Position numbers and translations under genes: made by a program. From positions 86,552,001-86,616,000 of the forward strand of contig OX597816.1 in NCBI GenBank assembly GCA_951406725.2: a stretch of 64,000 nt of DNA, given 5' to 3'. Source of the DNA: Octopus vulgaris. Taxonomy: Eukaryota. Shown here one piece after another: positions 54,098 to 64,000 of the stretch. The notes under the pieces are model-generated. The model had not been told where the DNA came from and did no database searches. It saw only the letters and a program-made list of their open reading frames with translations. Within the stretch, counting starts at the first letter, position 1; each line of letters opens with the position of its first letter.

Positions 54098-54687
54098 TAT
54101 ATAAATATATATATATATATAAATATACATATATATATAAATATATATATATATATAACTTACTTGGAAGGGGATGCGTGGTGTTCGATGATATAATAAC
54201 AAAATGATATATAAGACATATGCATATATACATACATCTATATGTATATATATATGCATATATGGGTACAGGGCATAAAAAAACGTTGAACACAATGAGA
54301 AACGAAAACATAAAACAAAAACATGGAAACGGACATTTTTCAAATAACGAAAAAACAGAGTACAAGACATACAACGCAAGGAATATTCCCCTTCTTCAGT
54401 TGCCTCTGTTTCGGCTGTTTTCCGCGTAAGTTAATAAACGGTGATAAGTGAAAATATTGTAAATATAGTTACAAGTTTACACCGTGTACTGACTATACAA
54501 AATAGTCTAATATTAAGGAATATCAACCCCCGACGGAAAAGAATGGATATTAGTACGCATGGGAGTCGAACCTCCCCTCTTACCTTCGCGATCATTGTGC
54601 TGACCGATTACATTATTCATTATTCGTATATATTATTCGTATATAGTATTCCAATGGTATACAATTCCATAACTCCAACAACCACAC

Positions 54688-54770
54688 GCCCCCGATGAGA
54701 ACGATGCCATGAAAAGTTTGTATTGTTACCTAAAATCCACTTAGTGCCCATTTTGAAACAGCTGTAGTGA
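54688..54770 (+). ncRNA. Degenerate hammerhead motif with long stem II region
   Basis: cCGATGA gaac...(about 55 nt)...ttt GAAAC AGCT GTA gtga. Confidence 0.45.
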
Positions 54771-55035
54771 TCGACCACTTTCATTGTTTTAATTTACACA
54801 CATAACTATCGCATAGTCAGTAAGATTTGCTGCTTTTAGCATCTATCATCGGAATATTTTGTCTAATCTTTATACAGGACGAAGTGTATCAGATGCATTG
54901 ATTAATGAAATTTATTGATCAATTATTGATTTATTTCTCTTTTCTATCCAACATTGTTTATACTAGATACTTAACAATTGTTTTTACCAATATTGATTGA
55001 TTTATCCTACTATATTATTATTATATTATTACGAA

Positions 55036-55180
55036 GGCGTCACGCTAGCACAATCGTTTGCACACCGGGCAAAATGCTTAGTGGCATATTGTCCGTGTAT
55101 ACGCTTTGAGTCCAAATGCCACAGAGGCCGACTTTGCATTTCGCTCTTTTGCAGCCGATTAAATAAGTACCAGTTGAAGA
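55036..55180 (+). mobile_element. SINE family C, diverged
   Basis: ggcgtcacgctagcacaatcgtttgcacaccgggcaaaatgctta...ccgactttgc...taaataagtaccagtt. Confidence 0.75.
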
Positions 55181-57357
55181 CTAGTTGGGAGAGTGCGAGT
55201 GAGTCTGTTCCTCTTCACTCTTCAAAGCTGCATCAGTTCTTGTTAGAAGTATTGTCTCCGTGCATAAAACAGTACATAGTTAGGGACGTTTTACCTCAGA
55301 TTTCCAGACTTTAAGCTAATCATGAGATTTTTTCCCCAAAAATACTGACTAATATAATACAGATAATGACGTATATCGCAGTGATGCTATATATACTCGA
55401 GTATAACAACGTAAATATTACTAATAATAGTGGGTTGTGTTCATAAAGGCATAATAATAGCGATTCAGCTAATATGGGAAATAATAACTATTAGAACAGT
55501 ACTCACATGAATAAGAATACTATTAGTGAAATGGTGAAACCTCAGCCAGGTTCGAAAACAACACAAGGATATGTTAAACCCTATAGATGGGAATGCGATT
55601 ACATGTACGTTTAAGTATAAATAGACTCCAGGACTGCCCTCATAAGCCGTACTGGGCATATTGATAGTCCAGAAGACATACCTCCACAAATAAAATTAGA
55701 AAGCCTTTATTTAAATGTGATAACTGTGAATCGATTACTATTCATCGTATCTCCCATGAAAGCAGGGGAATATGTACATTAATAATTAGCCGCTCCAACA
55801 CTAACAAAAATAAAACTTTTGGAAAAAATTACATAGGAGAAATATAATACGGTTTACCCTCCCCATTCTGAAATTAATATAGCTTAAGCATGTCTGAAAT
55901 TTTGGCTTTGGAAAAACATTTTCCAAAGCTTTATGGCTTTGGAAAAAACATTTTTACCCCTTTAGTAAGTATAGTAAAATCTTTACTTTGCACACCCTGC
56001 CGTTTGAATCTCTTTTTAGGCCTAACGTACCTCTGAACATTGTAGCTAAAAACAATAGGACATTAATATTAGTCACGTAACTTTAGATTTTCGTGTAGTA
56101 AATATTATCTCTATCTATTGTAAAGGGTATAAGGACTCTAATGTCCTCTCACAGTAATAACGATACAAATTTTTGCATTACTAAACGTAAAAGTGTAACT
56201 GAATGAATCAAGATTCATTTTTTAAAGAAATAATAACCTGGATGTAACATTTTATTAATGTTCTGTTAAAATCACAGTTACAGTGCATTATTACATTTTC
56301 AGATTTAGACTACATAACCATATCCGAACATTTAACAATACGAGAAAGCACTGCCTACCCCACTTGCTAAATATATCTGAGATCTCAAAGACCGACTTTG
56401 GGCTATTCATTTTCCTGGTCAATCTTACGTTACTTTCGCATAAAGTGCTTGGAGTAGCCGCAACATGTGTTCTTTTAAAGTATTTAAATTTCTCAGGTAT
56501 AGGGTAGGTTTAATTAATAAGAGTAATTAGTTATTAATCCATTGTTTCCCTAAATTCAACATAATTTTAAAGAAAATTCTGTTTAGCAAACACATAATTA
56601 TAATGAAGTAATAAATAGCATTCAAAATCTTTGCGTTACTTCAACTTAAGCACAGATGATATAATTTGAAATTTACTCCAAATTTAAACAATTTTTTCAT
56701 CTATAATTAATTATAATTAATCATTTATTTCTTAACGAACGACTTAATTTCAACTCTGACTGATTTAATAATAAGGAGCTACAATCATGTTAGTTTTTAG
56801 AGTTATACTGTGTTTGTCCAAATCATTTCTATACCTCAAATTTCTTTTTAATAATTTTACACGCATATTAATACTACTTTCAAAATTATAGCAATAAACT
56901 GTTGACTCTTTGCAAATATTCATCCTATCTCCTAGCCTGCTTATTTCTGCACTAGTATTTATATCTATACCTCCATCCATCTATACTTTCATACACACAC
57001 ACACACACACACACATATGTAAACATATGTCTGTCTGTCTGTGTCTATGTATGTATGCATGCATGTATGTATACCATTTATTTCTAATTTCCTAAATTAG
57101 TCGGCTACTGACCCATTGATTAAGATATACCTAACGAAAGCATGTTAGGTGACACCTTATCAATACATTACCTCTTCTTGAATATTTGCTCAGATAGTGT
57201 GAAACGTAGCAAGTTAATTTATTACTATGACAGTATAAACCCCACCCTGCTCACTACATTTATTCGACCAGTTTGGCTATGTAAGAAAGCACTGCATTGA
57301 TGAATTGATGAAATAACGGGTGAAAAATTTAATCTTATGCTATGGACATAAATAAGG

Positions 57358-57395
<38 letters not shown>

Positions 57396-57456
57396 TTGTG
57401 TATGTATGTGTGTACATGTGTACATGTATACATACATACATACATACATACATACA

Positions 57457-57492
<36 letters not shown>

Positions 57493-57495
57493 TAA

Positions 57496-57529
<34 letters not shown>

Positions 57530-57533
<4 letters not shown>

Positions 57534-57644
57534 GAAGGAGCTTCTACAGGACTAGAACTGTTTCATGCAGATGAAATCTTCAGGAAGCTCCTGAAGATTT
57601 CATCTGAATGAAACAGTTCTTGTCCTGTAGAAGCTCCTTCTATA
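57530..57644. ncRNA. 115 bp palindrome made of two inverted hammerhead-like motifs
   Basis: 56 bp arms with 2 mismatches and a 3 nt loop. Minus strand 57591-57537 reads ggagcttc CTGAAGA tttcatctgcat GAAA CAG ttctagtc CTG TA gaagctcc. Confidence 0.8.
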
Positions 57645-57720
57645 AAATAAATTACTTTACTCTGCTATGTATTGAGTACCTTATTTACTGTGGTTAACCC
57701 CGACTCAACCCGGGACCTAC

Positions 57721-57762
<42 letters not shown>

Positions 57763-57976
57763 ATAACTGTGTGTATATTTTTCAATGTGTACGTATAATA
57801 AGGAAAACAAAGAAATAGTAACCAGGGTAGCAAAAATTCACATAAGCGGCAAAGATATTACAGACTAATTATAAAGGTAGAAATTCTAGGGTTAAGTGAT
57901 AAGTTTTTGTATAACAAAAATGAATTAAGAAATGGAGTCAAACGTAGATGTTATTCAAATCATTTATACTTTCAAC

Positions 57977-58035
57977 ATATGTTTCGAAAAAAGCATTGAG
58001 ATCGGTATAATATCAATGCTTTTTTCGAAACATAT
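57977..58035. repeat. Perfect hairpin with 23 bp arms
   Basis: atatgtttcgaaaaaagcattga (13 nt loop) tcaatgcttttttcgaaacatat. Confidence 0.9.
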
Positions 58036-58100
58036 CTTGGAATGATTGGAATAACACATGCATTAATTTATTCCCAGAGGCACACACACATATAAATATA

Positions 58101-58472
58101 GGCGCAGGAGTGCCTTTGTGGTAAGAAGCTTGCTCCACAGCCGCATGGTATGGGGTTCTGTCCCACTGCGTAGCACCTTGGGCAAGTGGCTTCTACATAC
58201 GAGTGGATTTGGTTGACAGAAAATGAAAAAAGCCCGTCGTATACATGTGTGTGAGTATTTTTGTGTCTGTCTATGTTTTTGTGTCTGTATTTGTCCCCCA
58301 TCACAGCTGCATATCCGGTGTCGGTGTATTTACGTCCCGGTAACTTAGCACTTCGGCAAAATAGAGCGATAGAGTAAGTACCACGCTTAAAAATAAGAAC
58401 TGGCGGCCGATTCATTCGACTAAAAATCCAAGGTGGCGCTCCAGCATGGCTGAAACAAGTAAATGACAAAAG
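58101..58472 (+). mobile_element. SINE family A, full length
   Basis: ggcgcaggagtg...gtggtaagaagcttgct...gtcccactgcgtagcaccttgggcaagt...ggtggcgctccagcatggctgaaacaagtaaa. Confidence 0.9.
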
Positions 58473-58796
58473 TTAAAATATATATATATCTATATGTGTA
58501 TGCATACATGTGCATATACTATGTTCATTAAAACCAGTGGGTTCATCTGTTTATTAGAATCATTCTCTCTATATATTCTCACTTGGATTACTTATAACCA
58601 CATCGCCGACTTGGTCCTCGGTAAAGGTATGAGAGCGTAAGTTAAGTTCGAATCATTTGAGCGCTACTAAGTGCTTTATATACAGAAATTCTCTCGTCCT
58701 CACTTGCTGCTTCTGAGTTTGTATGCGTCGTGTGTGTGTGTGTATGTGTTTTTTTTTTTGTGCGTGCATGCGTTTTATATGTATGGTGATATATAT

Positions 58797-59024
58797 CGGC
58801 GAGCTAGCAGAATCGTTAGCGCGCCGGGCGAAATGCGTAGCCGTATTTCGTCTGCCGTTACATTCTGAGTTCAAATTCCGCCGAGGTCGACTTTGCCTTT
58901 CATCCTTTCAGGGTCGATAAATTAAGTACCAGTTACGCACTGGGGTCGATGTAATTGACTTAATCCGTTTGTCTATCCTTGCTTCTCCCCTCTGTGTTTA
59001 GCCCCTTGTGGGTAGTAAAGAAAT
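58797..59024 (+). mobile_element. tRNA-derived SINE family C, full length (best-preserved copy)
   Basis: cggcgagctagcagaatcgttagc (A box), gagttcaaattcc (B box), tail gccccttgtgggtagtaaagaaata. Confidence 0.9.
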
Positions 59025-59776
59025 ATATATACATAATCATGTTGAAATATTCGTAATCATGCAAAAGTGAAATAAATACAAACAGGATTCCAGACGTGAT
59101 TTGATCACCTGTTTAGATATTTAATCTCATTCCTCCATTTCTTTTTATAGAAGGTGGATGCAGACTGGAAATAACACTGAAGAGATAGCATTTTAATGAA
59201 GAAAATTTCTATGAAGCATGAAAAGGAATGTAGCGAATGATTTCGGAAATATTGAGGAGACATAGGGAAAACAACATTGGTTTAGCTATATTCGTCTACC
59301 TACATATCCTTGTGGATGTGCATTTAAAGAAACAAAACTCAGTATCAATGGGTGTAACATAATCCCAAATTTTAAACTGTATGTGTTTACATTTACACTT
59401 ATATAGGCACATAAATATATATATGTGCACATATATATATACAAGCTATGAATACAATGATGTGTTTTCCTGTACACTTGCATTCATATATTCTTACGTA
59501 CACTCTCACGAACATGCGTATATACACAGAAATTTCTATATACACATCTCCATCACGAACCTGTTGATGCCTAAAATCGAAAGAAAGAGCTCTGTTTCTG
59601 ATTTAGAAAGTGAATGATTCGTTGTGAGAAAAAAAAAAAAGAAAATTAAAAACACTGCGGATGAACATGCATACAAAACATATATGTAGGCAGATTTACA
59701 AACATTCATACATAAATATATACATATCTCTACGCATACATACAGGTACATACATGCTAAGATACATGTACATAGT

Positions 59777-59829
<53 letters not shown>

Positions 59830-60481
59830 GCATGAAGACAAACTTTGCATCCATATTGCAGACTTGTGGAGCCAGGAAATGCTCTGTAGTCGGTAAGCAA
59901 AGTCTTTTCTCTTTAGATCAATGAGAAAATGTCAAAATTTTGTTGAATATTTGCATTTTTACTTGATTTTTAAATTTATTGTTATTTTTTTTTAGTAATT
60001 TTGTGATTATCGTTTTCTTATTTTCTGCAATGTCATTGTTTTAAACATTTCCATTCCAGAGATATCGGGAAAAAAAATGATTGATTCTTTCTATGATTCC
60101 TTTATTCTCACATATTTCATATTTGTTTTTTTTTTATTACTCTGCATTTTATTTGTTCTGCATTTTTATTACCGTTGTTATTGATGTGTTTTGTTGTTAC
60201 TTTTAATACTTGAGAATTATCATAAGTTTGAAGTTTATTTTTATAATCTGGTTCCAGGAAAGACTTTCGACATTCTTTCATTGGAAATGTATTCCTTAAT
60301 TTCTTCTTTTATCTTCTTGCATTTCTATCCATTATTTTCTCTTTTCTCCTTTTTCTTTCAGTTTCTACACAATTGACTTTAAAAATATTTGTTTCAAAGA
60401 TGCTTGACAGCATATTGGAGTTGATATTTTATCTTATTCCAATAGATTAATTCATAAATTCATACTTTATATATACTTTCA

Positions 60482-60515
<34 letters not shown>

Positions 60516-61122
60516 CTTGTATATATATATATATACATATATATACATAGATATATACATAAATATACATATATATATATACGCAAAACACACATAAATA
60601 TATTTACATATGTATATATATACACATGCACACACATATATATATATACATGCGTACATACATGCATACACACACATATATGTATCCATGTGTATACATG
60701 AATATTAGCACACGCGCATTCACGCAAATACAGGTAATATGCGTATTTATGTCTATATGCTCATATGAATGAAGATAAGTATTTATTTAACCGAATATAC
60801 GTTATGCGGGATCAATTGCTTCACATTTCGTGATCAGATATGTCTGTTAACAGATGATCTGCATTTCGATTTCAAACTAGTGATAAACCGGATTAGTGAC
60901 ATCAATACATCACCTAAGAGCATTACACCCATCACACGTACTCACGCATGCATACCTCAAACATAAAGAATATACGCATGTGTGTGTGTGTGTTTGTGTG
61001 TGTGAGTAAGCTAATATGCACCATACACGAAGCAAAAACACAGAGAAGCACAAAGACTACTAAATAAACGTATTAATATATAAAAGGACGTGCATACAGA
61101 TAAACATACCTGTATGTATATA

Positions 61123-61460
61123 GGCGTAGGAGTGATTTCGTAGTAAGTAGCTTGCTTACGAAAAACATGGTTTCAGTTTCAGTGACAGAGCGGTCGTAGG
61201 ATCGCGGTTTCGATTCCCAGACCGAACGTTGTGATTGTTTATTGAGCGAAAACATTTAAACCTTCACGAGACTCCGGCAGGGGTGGTGGCGATCCCTGCT
61301 GTACTCTTTGTCACAACTTCCTCTCACATGTTCCTCTGTTGGCCTGTTCGCTTAGCCAGCGGGCTGGCGTCATTTGAAGGCTAAAACAATGCGAAGCGCA
61401 TTGTGACCAGCGATGTGTAACAACATCTGAGAGCCTAGTCGGTGACAGTGATCACGGTGA
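61123..61460 (+). mobile_element. SINE A head (61123-61183) followed by a 5'-truncated SINE B (61190-61460)
   Basis: ggcgtaggagtg...taagtagcttgcttac, then gcggtcgtaggatcgcggtttcgattcccagacc...gtgatcacggtga. Confidence 0.88.
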
Positions 61461-61464
61461 TATA

Positions 61465-61548
<84 letters not shown>

Positions 61549-61551
<3 letters not shown>

Positions 61552-62277
61552 GTATCAAAAAGATCCCGGACCAGTTCTCTGGCGCGCCGATAGATGGCAG
61601 CACACGGTTGCTGCACAGTGGGAGCTAGCGGTAACCTTTGTGAGTCTGTGTACTGAATGACATCGCTGTGTTTACTTCGCAGCTTGTAATATTTGTGAGT
61701 TTGTAATCACGCACCTGGTGTAGTCTGTGACTTTTTTTTTAATCATAGACAGGAATTTGGAACAAAGAGCCAACGAGAAGTTTTGCGTTAAACTTCAGAA
61801 ATCTGCTACAGAGACATTATACATACCAAAGCTTCTGAGCACAATCGGGTGGACATCCTTGAACACATACACAATCGCTACTACGATAAAGGTGAGGCTT
61901 TTGGGAGAAGACATTCACAGAAAAGTGATTCACAGTCAGTGAGATACTGGCAGTCAAACACAATTGGGTGGAGATCTGTGAAAGCTTACTCTAGCGCTAC
62001 ACCGATAAAGAGCGAAGCTTTTAAGAGAAAATATTCACAGAAAAGGAGCTGCTTGAAGATTTTCTCAAGGACACAATGACAAAAGCATGCGCAATGTTTC
62101 GGATACGTCTTGAGGCTGTGGTGGAAGCCGAGAGCGTTTGCTCTGAGTAAGCTGTTACCTCCCAGTTATCATCTACTTATATTATTTTATGCTTTTTAAA
62201 ATACTTTTGTTTTCAGTTGAGATATTGTTTTCTCTTTTCCTTTTATGCAAACTGTCAAATTTAGTCAAAACGACCTG
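61549..62277 (+). mobile_element. Composite Tc1/mariner remnant
   Basis: The 5' part encodes DRNLEQRANEKFCVKLQKSATETL (mariner HTH). The 3' part encodes KACAMFRIRLEAVVEAESVCSE* (Tc1/maT-type C-terminus). The termini share only CAGGT, and a 119 bp tandem duplication sits in the middle. Confidence 0.75.
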
Positions 62278-62299
62278 TGTATATATATTTGTGTGTGTG

Positions 62300-62371
<72 letters not shown>

Positions 62372-62439
62372 TATATATATATATATGAGTGTATGTATGT
62401 ATGTATGTATGTATGTATGTATCATGTATGTATACGATG

Positions 62440-62720
62440 AACTCGCCCGTCAAGTGCGACGTATGAGTGCTCAGCTTTTGCCAAACGACCTGCACAAATG
62501 ATTTGTTTACAAAGATAAAATTTTCATGCCACATGTTGGCTCAGTCTCTCCATCAAATCGCTGTTACCCAAACAGGTGCGTGGTATATTACGCGTCAGTT
62601 GTCGAAGGGATCGCAGAGAAAAGTAGGTGAGACTCAAGAACACAACACACCACTCGGTCTAGAAATTGAGATTTCAATCGATACATAGTGAGTGTAACAC
62701 ACTAACCAGCAGGTCATGCT
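62440..62720 (-). mobile_element. SINE family D, diverged
   Basis: Reverse-complement head gcatgacctgctggttagtgtgttacactca...tttctagaccgagtggtgtgttgtgttcttgag. Confidence 0.6.
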
Positions 62721-62740
62721 CACATACACACACACACACT

Positions 62741-62780
<40 letters not shown>

Positions 62781-63220
62781 CACGCACGCACGCACACACA
62801 CACACATATATATAATGTAATTAAGGAGAAAAATGTCCCTGAGCATGGTATATTCAAGAGTCAATCCTTTGCCTTAGTTTAACAGGTAAAGGTCAAATAC
62901 TGGTTATTGTCTGACTGGGGAAAATGCAGATGAATCACGTGTAATAACCGAAAATTACCAGGTATATATTCCTCATAGCTGAATAAAGAGAAACATTGAC
63001 GAAGAAGCATAACAGATCGCCTACCATGAGATAGGTCAATGTCTTACTCTGTCGTGTGAATACTGCAAACACGAATATACAAATGCGAGAATACTTAACT
63101 CAGAATAACTATATATTATATATCAATGCACATACGCATATGCACACATCTATTCATCTGTGCGTATATCTGTGTATGAGTTATATATTATAAATATATA
63201 AACATTCATATGTATACGTT

Positions 63221-63313
<93 letters not shown>

Positions 63314-64000
63314 ATTGCTTGACAGGTTGCCAAGCTTCAGTTAACAATAAATGAATAAATAATGTTTACATCTAGTCTTTATTTCTGTTTCATTTGCAAA
63401 GGACAATACGCACTCGCACGCATGCACACAGACGTATAGTAACACAAATACATAAAGAAAAACATATATCCATGCATATAGGTACGTATATATAAACGCA
63501 CGACCGCGCACACATACACACGCACGCATACACAGACACAAACACATACAAACACGCGCATATTCACTCACACATATCGTTTTTCTATTCGTTTGCTATT
63601 TTCTCCCCGTATGTAACCTATATGCAATTCCTCAATTATTTAATTTTTTCTTCTCTTTTTGGCACCGTCCCATTTATATTTTTATGCCCTCCATCTCTCT
63701 GTATCTGTCTTCTCTCGCTCTCTCTCTCTCACACAAACAAATACACACGCACACACACGCAAAATCACATACCCATAGTGGCACATACATAGACTAAAAG
63801 GTAAATACTCTGATACATACACATGGACAAATGACAGGCACAGATATATCTGCTGTTTCTCTTTGTTGTTCTTTCTGATGCTCACATCATTTTCACTTCA
63901 TTTTCGCATACATTTTACATGCATTTCCACATTACTCCTACTTGTCACACTGTGTCTCAGATACAGAGACACACAAAACTTTGCCTCCTTTAAAATCTTC

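Noticed and set aside
64-63885. Numerous ORFs rich in IY/CV/HT/RE or homopolymer runs
   Set aside because: They are translations of (TA)n, (CA)n, (GA)n and trinucleotide microsatellites, not genes.

Overview
AT-rich, microsatellite-saturated animal DNA. The tRNA-derived SINE families and (TA)n/(CA)n density point to a cephalopod, most likely Octopus (inference). I found no intact protein-coding gene, and most ORF-track entries are microsatellite translation artefacts. The window is a mosaic of four tRNA-derived SINE families (labelled A-D here), CR1/L2-group LINE fragments that share their 3' tail with SINE family A, decayed Penelope-like elements (PLE; RT and GIY-YIG), and hAT, mariner/Tc1, Helitron-like, Gypsy and L1/Tx1 remnants. 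A probable decayed multi-Ig (nephrin-like) pseudogene lies at about 21.7-28 kb. The most notable signal is a set of about nine PLE-type hammerhead ribozyme motifs. One looks intact and sits on a 3.9 kb non-coding element with inverted termini, and another forms a 115 bp palindromic double hammerhead. An inverted SINE pair sharing private variants brackets a PLE with an inverted 5' half. All alignments and translations were done by eye, so boundaries are approximate.
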